Assembly (NCBI GenBank): GCA_964635635.1
Contig: CAZWPE010000001.1
Span: 107,774 to 171,773 of the forward strand
Length of the DNA: 64,000 bases
Source of the DNA: an uncultured Myxococcaceae bacterium
Lineage (GTDB): Bacteria > Myxococcota > UBA727 > JABDBI01
Direction: 5' to 3'
The position numbers were made by a program, and so were the translations under genes. Position 1 is the stretch's first letter. Each line of letters begins with the position of its first letter. Shown piece after piece: positions 55,913 to 64,000 of this stretch. The notes under the pieces were generated by a model. The model was not told the origin of the DNA. It did no database searches and saw only the letters and a list, made by a program, of their open reading frames with translations.

Positions 55913-56307
55913 ATACTGCTGTGCAATATACCCCGGAAGAACTTCAGTCGATTGCCCAAATCGCTTACTACATGATGATGCAGGGTAAGATGAAAGATGC
56001 CCAGACGTTGTATGAAGGGCTAGTGGCTTTAGACCCTTCACAAGAATATTATTTCAGAGCGTTGGGTGTTCTCGCTCAAAAAAATAAGGACAGCCAACTG
56101 GCGCTGCGTCATTTTGGTTATGCGATTCAATTGGCGCCTGGTAAACCTGAAGGGTATGTGAATCGCGCAGAGATTTATATTTTTCTAGGCCAACCGGAAG
56201 AAGCTGCTGCTGATCTCAAAGAGGCCTTGAATAAAATGAGTCGCCAGGACCAAATGTTATCTCAAAAGGCCTGGGCTCTCTATAGAAGCCTTAAAGCGGG
56301 TGTATAA
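55909..56307 (+). CDS. TPR protein resembling class II T3SS chaperones (SycD/LcrH/CesD family)
   Basis: 132 aa with three TPR-like units (AQIAYYMMMQGKMKDAQTLYEGLVALDP, YYFRALGVLAQKNKDSQLALRHFGYAIQLAP, GYVNRAEIYIFLGQPEEAAADLKEAL). Size and organisation match SycD-like chaperones. Confidence 0.55.
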   Translation: MNTAVQYTPEELQSIAQIAYYMMMQGKMKDAQTLYEGLVALDPSQEYYFRALGVLAQKNKDSQLALRHFGYAIQLAPGKPEGYVNRAEIYIFLGQPEEAAADLKEALNKMSRQDQMLSQKAWALYRSLKAGV

Positions 56308-56383
56308 CTTCGTCATTGCGAGGCACTTTAGTGCCGTGGCAATCCATAAATCCTGGACTGCTTCGCGATGCTCGCAGTGACGA

Positions 56384-57616
56384 TTAGATAGCTCTTAACA
56401 ACTCGGGCGCCTTTTGACGCATGATTGCTTCTTCATCAACAATCACACCCGAAACAGATTTATCGCTGGGTAGGTTGTACATCGTATCGAGCATGGCGGC
56501 TTCTAAAATGCCGCGAAGTCCTCGGGCGCCGGTTTTCTTGGCCAATGCCATTTTAGCTGCACGCGTCAGCGCATCAGGAGTGAATCTTAAAGACGCTCCA
56601 TCAAGCTCTAGCAAGCGAGCATATTGTTTGGTGAGGGCGTTCCGTGGTTCTGTCAACACGCGAACCAGGGCTTCTTCTGATAAGTCTTCAAGAGTTGCAA
56701 CTACGGGAAGACGACCAACAAATTCCGGGATAAGACCATATTTAAGCAAGTCATCAGGTTGAACCTGCTTTAAAATATCTTCGGGGGTTGAGGTGCTTCT
56801 GGTGAGAATCTTTGCTCCAAAACCGAGTGTTTTTTGACCGACGCGAGCTTCAATGATTTTCTCTAAGCCCACGAAAGCGCCACCGCAAATAAATAAAATT
56901 TGAGAGGTATCAACTTTGAGGAAATCTTGATTTGGGTGTTTACGACCACCTTTTGGGGGAACGTTGCATAAAGTTCCTTCAATCAATTTAAGCAAAGCTT
57001 GCTGAACACCTTCTCCTGAGACGTCCTTGCTGATGCTACGGCTTTCACTTTTACGAATGATTTTATCTATTTCATCGATATAAACAATTCCGCGCTGAGC
57101 GGCTGCCACATCCCCGCCTGCTGCTGCCAGTAGACTAGAAATCATAGTTTCAACATCTTCACCGACATAGCCTGCTTCGGTGAGAGAAGTGGCATCTGCC
57201 ATGGCAAATGGAACTTTCAGGATACGTGCAAGCGTTTGTACAAGCAGTGTTTTCCCTGACCCTGTGGGGCCGATGAGTAAAATATTGCTTTTGGAAAGCT
57301 CGACATCAGACATATCTGTGAGGTTGTTGATTCGTTTATAATGGTTATGAACGGCTACGGAGAGAATCTTTTTGGCTCGGTCTTGTCCAATGACATAATT
57401 ATCCAAGATTCCCTTAATGTCTGCGGGTCTCAGAAGCTGATCTTCTTCGTGTTCTGAGCGCTTTTGAGCTTCTCCAATAACGATGTCTTTGCAAAGGGTA
57501 ATACAGTCTTCACAAATATTAACCTCTGGACCAGCGACAAGCTTTTTAAGCTCACTCCCGGTCTTTTTGCAAAAAGAGCATAAAACGTTGGATTCTTGCC
57601 TGCGCCCAATAAACAT
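56384..57616 (-). CDS. clpX: ATP-dependent Clp protease ATP-binding subunit ClpX
   Basis: Zinc-binding CSFCKK..CEDC; Walker A GPTGSGKT; Walker [10 protein letters not shown]. Confidence 0.95.
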   Translation of the reverse strand: MFIGRRQESNVLCSFCKKTGSELKKLVAGPEVNICEDCITLCKDIVIGEAQKRSEHEEDQLLRPADIKGILDNYVIGQDRAKKILSVAVHNHYKRINNLTDMSDVELSKSNILLIGPTGSGKTLLVQTLARILKVPFAMADATSLTEAGYVGEDVETMISSLLAAAGGDVAAAQRGIVYIDEIDKIIRKSESRSISKDVSGEGVQQALLKLIEGTLCNVPPKGGRKHPNQDFLKVDTSQILFICGGAFVGLEKIIEARVGQKTLGFGAKILTRSTSTPEDILKQVQPDDLLKYGLIPEFVGRLPVVATLEDLSEEALVRVLTEPRNALTKQYARLLELDGASLRFTPDALTRAAKMALAKKTGARGLRGILEAAMLDTMYNLPSDKSVSGVIVDEEAIMRQKAPELLRAI

Positions 57617-57620
57617 ATGA

Positions 57621-58211
57621 CTATGCCTCGTGTCTTGTAACAATTTTATCAACAATTCCGTATTCGATGGCTTCTTGAGCACCTAAATAGAAATCTCGAT
57701 CTGTATCTTTCTCAACCTGTTCAAATGGCTTGCCCGTGTGGCGCACAATGATCTCATTCAGGGTTCGCTTGGTCTTAATGATTTCACGTGCCTGGATTTC
57801 AATATCAGTTGCCTGACCTTGTGAGCCCCCGTGTGGCTGGTGAAGCATCACACGACTATTTGGCAGAATAAAACGTTTACCTTTGGCGCCAGAAGTTAGT
57901 AAAAAGGCTCCCATCGATGCTGCTTGTCCAACGCAGACAGTCGACACATCACAACGGACATACTGCATGGCATCATAGATTGCCAATCCACCGGAAACGA
58001 TTCCGCCTGGTGAGTTAATGTAAAGCGTGATGTCTTTGGTTGCATCTTCACTTTCTAGAAATAGCAGCTGAGCCACAATGGAATTAGAGACCTGGTCGTC
58101 GATGGCAGTGCCAAGAAAAATAATTCGATCTTTAAGAAGTCTAGACCAAATATCGTATGCTCTTTCGCCTCTAGGCGTTTGTTCGATGACGGTAGGTGGA
58201 AAGTAGCTCAT
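57621..58211 (-). CDS. clpP: ATP-dependent Clp protease proteolytic subunit ClpP
   Basis: Catalytic GQAASMGA (Ser), His and Asp context. Confidence 0.95.
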   Translation of the reverse strand: MSYFPPTVIEQTPRGERAYDIWSRLLKDRIIFLGTAIDDQVSNSIVAQLLFLESEDATKDITLYINSPGGIVSGGLAIYDAMQYVRCDVSTVCVGQAASMGAFLLTSGAKGKRFILPNSRVMLHQPHGGSQGQATDIEIQAREIIKTKRTLNEIIVRHTGKPFEQVEKDTDRDFYLGAQEAIEYGIVDKIVTRHEA

Positions 58212-58786
58212 GGTTTTTCTCCGTAAAAAATAGGAATGCCGGTTGGGATCTCCAACTGACTGATTTCAGAATCAGGTATCTTATCTAGCTCTTTTAGCAG
58301 AGCTCTTAAAGAGTTACCATGGGCTACTATTAAGACAGTCTTTCCGGCCTTGAGTAGGGGCTCAATTTCCTTAAAATAGTAAGGAATTACACGTAGATAG
58401 GTGTCTTTGAGACTTTCGCCGCCCGGGGGGGCTATGTCATAGCTTCTGCGCCAAACATGGACTTGCTGGTTTCCATACTGCTGGGCAACCTCAGCCTTAT
58501 TGAGTCCTTGGAGATCTCCATAGTGCCGTTCATTAAGTGCCTGATTTTTGGTCATGGGGCAGTCTGCTTGTCCTGCTTCTTCAAGCGCGATTGTTGCTGT
58601 ATCAATTGCGCGTTTTAGTTCTGAACAAAACACATGATCAATTGAAACATTTTTCAACCGCTTTCCTGCTTTATGAGCTTCTTCAGCGCCGAGTGGACTC
58701 AAGTCTACATCAACCCATCCGGTGAATTTATTGTCCCTATTCCAAGTTGATTGTCCGTGACGAAGTAAAATAAGACGCCCTTGCAT
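58208..58786 (-). CDS. Histidine-phosphatase family phosphoglycerate mutase (dPGM-like)
   Basis: [12 protein letters not shown] catalytic-His motif. 4-nt overlap with the clpP start. Confidence 0.8.
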   Translation of the reverse strand: MQGRLILLRHGQSTWNRDNKFTGWVDVDLSPLGAEEAHKAGKRLKNVSIDHVFCSELKRAIDTATIALEEAGQADCPMTKNQALNERHYGDLQGLNKAEVAQQYGNQQVHVWRRSYDIAPPGGESLKDTYLRVIPYYFKEIEPLLKAGKTVLIVAHGNSLRALLKELDKIPDSEISQLEIPTGIPIFYGEKP

Positions 58787-58852
58787 TGTTTTGTCCTAAT
58801 AAATATTCCAATGTGCGTCAACAAACCAAAAATTTTTTCTTGACTTAAAGAC

Positions 58853-59344
58853 TTGAGAAAGGCATCTATAACACATATGGCCCACGGGCAAGCTCCACGC
58901 TCAACTCATGCATATGAAAAGTACAAAGCAAACCTACATGCTTTGTTTGACGGTAAGAAACGTATTGAAGATTTTACTGCGCCACAAGTAAAGGTTGCTG
59001 TAAAGCCAACAAGACGGACCTCTGGCACACCTGTTTTTAGTTATGATATTTTTCTGGAAGCAATTAAGCGTTCAGTGACTCCAGATGAAGTAACGAGAAC
59101 AATTAATGCGTTAATTGATTCAGGGCATCAGATTCCCATGGATGAAGATATTTTATCAAAAGCCCTAATTCACCGTGATGAATCTGTTGTCTTGACGATG
59201 CTGACTAAACTGGGTGAACTTTTGAATAAGAATCCAGTCAAAAATGCAAGATTGTTAAAGACTCGATTGGAAAATCTTCTTTTGATCAGTGCAGCTTCTG
59301 AGGTGAAAGAGTTAGCCAATACTCTCATGCAAAAAATGTTATGA
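58853..59344 (+). CDS. Hypothetical protein, ATGA-coupled to dprA
   Basis: ORF with coding-like composition. Stop overlaps the dprA start. Confidence 0.4.
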   Translation: MRKASITHMAHGQAPRSTHAYEKYKANLHALFDGKKRIEDFTAPQVKVAVKPTRRTSGTPVFSYDIFLEAIKRSVTPDEVTRTINALIDSGHQIPMDEDILSKALIHRDESVVLTMLTKLGELLNKNPVKNARLLKTRLENLLLISAASEVKELANTLMQKML

Positions 59345-60210
59345 GTTTAGAGGTATTGGGGGCGCAGGGGGTTTTTGAGTTAGGTCGCTTAGCTCGAGCA
59401 CCCAGTGTTCCAAAGCTTGTTTATGTCCGTGGAAACCCTCAGTTACTTCGCACGAAACCAAGTGTGGCTATCGTAGGAACCCGAAAACCCAGCCAGACAG
59501 GATTAAAGCGCGCTTATGATTATGCACATGCATTGGCCTCTAAAGGCTGCTTAGTGATTTCTGGTGGCGCGATGGGTATAGACTACGCCGCACACCGAGG
59601 GGCTTTGGCTGCTGGAGGTGAAACTCTGGTTGTGCTGGGAGATCCTGTTTCGGAAACAGGCGATGAGCGACCTAAGCGTATTCGAGACTTAGAACCAGCA
59701 GAGAAAGTCACAACTTTGACGACCTATGGCCCGGGAACCAAAATAGGCAAAACACTTTTTGTTGCGCGCAATCAATATATTGCTGCATTAGCAGATGCAG
59801 TTATCATCATTGAAGGGACATTGAACTCAGGCACACTGCATACCGCAAGATATGCTCAAAAAATTGGCATACCTATTTGGGCAGTGCCGGGTGACCCGGA
59901 TAATCAGCTCGCAGAGGCTTCCAACTCACTTTTGGAAGCAGGCGACGCGCGGGCGCTGTATCGTTTGGATGCGCTACTTGAAAGTCTTGGGCTCGGAACT
60001 GTTCAGGAGGCCGTGTCTAGACAAGAGCCTAAAGACGCAGGACCACTTTACCCGCATTTTAAAGCCAACGCCGGTCGTGTGACGCTGGATTTGCTTTGTG
60101 AAGCCATGAAGGGTGAACCTGTCTCTTACATTCAAACCGAGCTGCTCCAGATGGAGCTTCTCGGACTTATTCAACGCGAAGGTGCTGAGTTTGTTCTGAC
60201 CAGCAAGTAG
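59341..60210 (+). CDS. dprA: DNA-processing protein DprA (Smf)
   Basis: Rossmann-like LVISGGAMGIDYAAHRGALAAGG; C-terminal winged-helix-like region. Confidence 0.8.
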   Translation: MSLEVLGAQGVFELGRLARAPSVPKLVYVRGNPQLLRTKPSVAIVGTRKPSQTGLKRAYDYAHALASKGCLVISGGAMGIDYAAHRGALAAGGETLVVLGDPVSETGDERPKRIRDLEPAEKVTTLTTYGPGTKIGKTLFVARNQYIAALADAVIIIEGTLNSGTLHTARYAQKIGIPIWAVPGDPDNQLAEASNSLLEAGDARALYRLDALLESLGLGTVQEAVSRQEPKDAGPLYPHFKANAGRVTLDLLCEAMKGEPVSYIQTELLQMELLGLIQREGAEFVLTSK

Positions 60211-63110
60211 ACTCTCGGAACGACCCATAAGGTCAAGAAAGTTCCAAATATCAAGCCTGAAACAAGCACAAGCCCGAGAGCTCTTCTGGCTTCGCTGCCC
60301 GCACCAGAAGCAAACATCAGAGGCAAAGCGCCTAAAACCATTGCAGCGGTCGTCATGATGATGGGCCTGAGGCGCATTTCGATAGCTTGTTGCATCGAGC
60401 CAGTCTTATTGGCGAAGTCGACTAATAAAATCCCGTGTTTCGATATGAGGCCTATGAGAGTTACCAATCCAACTTGTCCAAAAATATTAAGTTCATTTCC
60501 AGTAAGTTTGATGGCAAGCAAAGCTCCAAAAGCTGCGAGTGGCACGGTGACCAGAATAATCAACGGGTCTACAAAACTCTCAAATTGAATTGCTAAAACA
60601 CCATAAATGAAAATTAATGCGAGCAATAAAAGCACCAAGAAAGAATTCGAAGAATCAAGGAGCGATTTAGCCGCACCTAAGTATTCATAACTATAGCCAG
60701 AAGGCAGTTCTTTCTTGAGAATTTTATTGATGGCGTCGATTCCATCGCTCAACGTTTTTCCTGGAACGAGCTGAGCTGTAATGTTTGCAGAACGAAGCCT
60801 GTTGTAATGATGATAGCTTTTCGGCTGTGTATCAGGCTCAAATTCAACGAATGTGCTTAAGGGCATGCGTTCTTTCGAAGTGCTGAGCACATCTACTTCG
60901 TGCAAGTTGTCGGCTGTTTCAGCACCTTTTACCCATACTTCGTATTTGAGACCGTCTTTATAAAATTTGGATCCCGTGTCTTTATCAAGCATGACTCTGA
61001 GAGATCTCTCAACACTCGAGAGAGGTACTTCTAAGAGGGCCATTTTATGGGTATCAACATGAGCTTTAAGGCTTGGGAAATTGAATTTGAGGTCATTCGA
61101 AACGTCAGTGAGTACGCCTGAAGATGTCAAAGATTTTTGTAAAGTTTCCAAAACAGCATCAAGCTCTTTATAGCTGTGAGTTGTTTTGACAGCGATCGAG
61201 ATAGCAGCACCGGCAGAATCAGACTCGAACCCAGGAAGCCCTGTATTCCAATTCCAAACAAAGGTTGTGACAGAAGGGATTTTTTTGAGCTTTTCGCGAA
61301 TTTGATCTGCAAATTCAGTAGAGCGTGTATTTCGTTTTGAATAGTCGACCAATTCCAGACTAACTCCTGTGCGTCCTTTGTCATTGGCAGCAAGAAAACG
61401 ATTTTTAACGATGGGATTGCCCTTTACGATATTATCAACTTGCTCAATGTAAGGCATGAGTGTTGCAAGTGTGGCACCTGGTAGGGGCTCAATTTGAACT
61501 CCCATAAATCCACGGTCTTCAATTGGAACAACGCGTTTGGGAACATTTGTATACAGCAGCGCAGAGCCGAGCCCAATTGCACCCAGAAACAGTGCCATGT
61601 TTCGCCAATTGGTAGGTTTTAACTTAAATGAATAAGACGATTTTGGGTGATTAGTCCCTGTGGTCAACATTCTTGAACACATGAGAGGCGATAGGCTGAG
61701 TGCGACAAAACCTGAGATCAAAACAGCGGCAGCTAATGTAACACCAAACTGAATCAGGATTTGGCCAACAAGACCCCCGGTGAGCGCAACAGGAATAAAC
61801 ACGGCAACAAGTACCAGGGTCATCCCAACGATCGAAAATGCAATTTCACGAATCCCCGCAATAGAGGCATCAAATGCAGAAAGCCCTTTTTCAAGGTGCC
61901 TATAGATGTTTTCAACGACAACGATAGCGTCATCCACCACCAAGCCAACAGCAAGAACTAAAGCAAGCAGCGAGAAAGTATTAATGCTAAACCCAAAGGC
62001 CTTCACCAAGGCCAAGGAACCAATGAGCGAAATAGGAATAGCAATCATCGGAATGAGAGTTGCTTTCCAATTGCGAAGAAAGAGATAGACGACTGCTAGA
62101 ACGAGCAAGCAGGCTTCCAGAATTGTCCATGCCAATGATTTGAGAGAGCTTTCAACAAATGTAGCGCCATCGTAGACAATGTCGAGCTTTACACCCGCTG
62201 GCAGTGTGGCACGTAAAGAAGGAAGAAGCTCATGAGCTTGTTTGGATATTTCAAGCGGATTTCCATCTGAAGAACGAATTAAATCAATATAAACAGCTTC
62301 TTCATCATTGAGACGATTGAAAACTCGTGTGTCTTGTGAGAGTTCAATGTGAGCTAAATCTCCAAGAGTAACAATGACATCATCAATTTTAGTAACAGGT
62401 AAAGTAGCAAAATCTTCAGGATTTTCGGGTTCAAGTCTGAGGGAGATAGGAACTTCACCTTGAAACTTACCGACGCTTAGAGGGGCTTGAAGTGTTTTGA
62501 TGGCATCAAAGATTTGGGGTGTTCCAATTTGATGCGCGGCCATTTTAGCACGGTCCAGATTGATCTTCATCACATAGGGAACGCCTTGGAGTTCAACCCA
62601 AGAAACTCCTTGGATGCTTTTGAGTTGATTTAAAATATGTAATTTGGCGAAGTGTGTAAGCTCATCGATCTTAAAACCAGAGCCTGTGAGTGTCAAAAAC
62701 ATGACAGTTTCATTGTTTCGGCCTGTTTGCTCTACATAAGGCTCCAAAACTTCACGAGGTAATTCAGATTTAACCCAGGCGGCCCGATCTCGAACATCTA
62801 ACATAGCGTGTTCAATGGAAGTGCCGGGTCTAAAGGTAATCCATGTTTCTGAGAAGCCATTGCCAATCTCTGAACGAACGGAGTTGACACCAGAGATGCC
62901 AGCAACTTCATCTTCAAGGCGATACACAATCGTGTGCTCGATTGTGTCCATGCTTGCACCTGGGTAAATAAAAGCGACCTTAACTTTAGGAACGGAAATA
63001 CTGGGGTATTCCGCGACGCCCAAATGTTGATAGGCTACCAATCCCAAAACAATGAGAAATGCATTGAGAATAAGGGTTAAAACAGGACGTTTAATGAACA
63101 GTGTCATCAT
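60171..63110 (-). CDS. RND-family efflux transporter permease (AcrB/MMPL-like)
   Basis: Twelve-TM RND topology with two large periplasmic loops. The ORF opens at 63230, but M41 (MMTLFIKRPVLTLILN) is the typical RND N-terminus. Confidence 0.9.
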   Translation of the reverse strand: MMTLFIKRPVLTLILNAFLIVLGLVAYQHLGVAEYPSISVPKVKVAFIYPGASMDTIEHTIVYRLEDEVAGISGVNSVRSEIGNGFSETWITFRPGTSIEHAMLDVRDRAAWVKSELPREVLEPYVEQTGRNNETVMFLTLTGSGFKIDELTHFAKLHILNQLKSIQGVSWVELQGVPYVMKINLDRAKMAAHQIGTPQIFDAIKTLQAPLSVGKFQGEVPISLRLEPENPEDFATLPVTKIDDVIVTLGDLAHIELSQDTRVFNRLNDEEAVYIDLIRSSDGNPLEISKQAHELLPSLRATLPAGVKLDIVYDGATFVESSLKSLAWTILEACLLVLAVVYLFLRNWKATLIPMIAIPISLIGSLALVKAFGFSINTFSLLALVLAVGLVVDDAIVVVENIYRHLEKGLSAFDASIAGIREIAFSIVGMTLVLVAVFIPVALTGGLVGQILIQFGVTLAAAVLISGFVALSLSPLMCSRMLTTGTNHPKSSYSFKLKPTNWRNMALFLGAIGLGSALLYTNVPKRVVPIEDRGFMGVQIEPLPGATLATLMPYIEQVDNIVKGNPIVKNRFLAANDKGRTGVSLELVDYSKRNTRSTEFADQIREKLKKIPSVTTFVWNWNTGLPGFESDSAGAAISIAVKTTHSYKELDAVLETLQKSLTSSGVLTDVSNDLKFNFPSLKAHVDTHKMALLEVPLSSVERSLRVMLDKDTGSKFYKDGLKYEVWVKGAETADNLHEVDVLSTSKERMPLSTFVEFEPDTQPKSYHHYNRLRSANITAQLVPGKTLSDGIDAINKILKKELPSGYSYEYLGAAKSLLDSSNSFLVLLLLALIFIYGVLAIQFESFVDPLIILVTVPLAAFGALLAIKLTGNELNIFGQVGLVTLIGLISKHGILLVDFANKTGSMQQAIEMRLRPIIMTTAAMVLGALPLMFASGAGSEARRALGLVLVSGLIFGTFLTLWVVPRVYLLVRTNSAPSR

Positions 63111-64000
63111 GTGAAATTTTACTCTGTCCGCGGAGAATGATTGTATCGCCTGCGGAAAGGCCAGATAGAATCGCGATTTGCTTGTTTGAACGAGTGCCGG
63201 TTGTAACGGGTGTGAGCTTAGCTTTTCCATCTACGATTTTAAATACGTAGGATTTTTTATCGCGGATAAAGACAGATTCAGCGGGTACACTGATGGCGTC
63301 TTCTGAAAACTTGAGTTCTACCTGAATTTTAGAGCCAATCATGCAACCTTCGCATTTTTGCAGAGTTGCTTTGGCGTAGGCTTGATTGGTTTTTGGGTTG
63401 AGCCTGTTTTCAAGGGAGCTGAGTTTGGCTTCCTGTCCTTTTACCCAAACAGTTTGTCCCACTTTAAGGCGTTGCAGTAGATTTTCAGGTACTGAAAAAT
63501 AAACCAGGAGCTCGCTTGTATCATAGACAGCGATAACTGGATTTCCAGACTGAACTTGAGCTCCAGTCTCTAATCTAAATACACCGCATTCACCTGCAAA
63601 AGGTGCTTTGAACTGAGCGTCATGAAGTTTGTGTTCAAGATCATGGTAAGTTCGGTCTGTACTGGCTAGATCTGTTTGCGCATCTTCAAGATCTTTCAGG
63701 CTTAGATCACCTTGTTTATACAAAGTCTTAACGCGGGCGAGTCTGGAACGCTTGTTCTTAACGCTCACCCGAAGATCCGTGAGAGAAGTTTTGAGGCCCT
63801 CTGTATCCATTTCAGCAAGCACTTGCCCTTTTTTGACTTTGGCGCCTTCGCTGACAAAAACTTGGGTCAGGATCCCTGAAGAGGGGGCTGTTAAAACTGC
63901 CTCACGTTTTGCTTTTAGGGTCCCAATTAACGAGACCTGCTCTTTGAAAGGTTCAGCTTTAACGGTGTAAGTTTCGACTTTAATTGGGGCAGCCTGAACT
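63091..64000 (-). CDS. RND efflux periplasmic adaptor (membrane fusion protein), 5'-partial at the window edge
   Basis: Biotinyl-lipoyl, beta-barrel and MP domain blocks. The reading frame stays open to base 64000. Confidence 0.8.
   Translation of the reverse strand, partial: VQAAPIKVETYTVKAEPFKEQVSLIGTLKAKREAVLTAPSSGILTQVFVSEGAKVKKGQVLAEMDTEGLKTSLTDLRVSVKNKRSRLARVKTLYKQGDLSLKDLEDAQTDLASTDRTYHDLEHKLHDAQFKAPFAGECGVFRLETGAQVQSGNPVIAVYDTSELLVYFSVPENLLQRLKVGQTVWVKGQEAKLSSLENRLNPKTNQAYAKATLQKCEGCMIGSKIQVELKFSEDAISVPAESVFIRDKKSYVFKIVDGKAKLTPVTTGTRSNKQIAILSGLSAGDTIILRGQSKISHDDTVH

Noticed and set aside
58425-58440. CCCGGGGGGG run inside the phosphoglycerate mutase gene, possible family-2 element
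   Set aside because: Lacks the flanking TTTG..AAA..ATTTT structure and second G-run of the family-2 element. Encodes the normal PPGGES motif of histidine-phosphatase PGMs.
63752-63970. 72-aa plus-strand ORF at the window end
   Set aside because: Antisense to the RND adaptor (membrane fusion protein) gene, whose frame remains open to base 64000.

Overview
This 64 kb window is bacterial chromosomal DNA, GC about 47% by eye, densely coding on both strands with short or overlapping intergenic regions. Lipoprotein signals, a secretin N-domain, an RND pump and a type IV pilus module indicate a Gram-negative organism. The taxon cannot be determined from sequence alone.

Housekeeping genes are clear. 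They include a fused E1 alpha/beta 2-oxoacid dehydrogenase, PutA, rpmB-groES-groEL, the sufBCDSUT cluster, a yqeY-dnaG-rpoD block, ddl, argS, ttcA, split nadE, tRNA-Ser(GCU), efp, gpm-clpP-clpX, dprA and a partial RND adaptor/permease pair.

Interleaved with these is an unusual density of eukaryote-like or effector-like genes. There are two ankyrin-repeat proteins and a HEAT-repeat protein built from 99-bp tandem DNA repeats. A carnitine/choline acyltransferase homologue, a thaumatin-like lipoprotein and a pepsin-like (A1) aspartic protease lipoprotein are present. There is also a histone H1-like K/A-rich protein, a small secreted Cys-rich protein and a secreted protein with a caspase/C80-like His-Cys dyad. 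An isolated type III secretion module (SctU/FlhB, an orphan ORF and a SycD/LcrH-like TPR chaperone, all translationally coupled) sits far from any other apparatus genes. A possible needle/rod-like small protein lies elsewhere in the window.

The most striking sequence-level signal is two families of short GC-rich palindromic repeat elements. Family 1 has the core CCCTCTCC..GGAGAGGG, with six copies. Family 2 reads ATYCCCCCCTTTG.AAA.AGGGGGGYCAGGGGGGATTTT, with two copies. Several copies sit in-frame inside conserved enzymes (E1, PutA twice, SufT, NadE nitrilase domain, a UPF0104 membrane protein) without disrupting the ORFs, reminiscent of Rickettsia palindromic elements. Others are intergenic next to terminators.

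Other notable points are a CIRCE-like inverted repeat spanning exactly from the rpmB stop to the groES start, a secretin reduced to its N-domain, a PilO-PilP fusion and a natural split of NadE.
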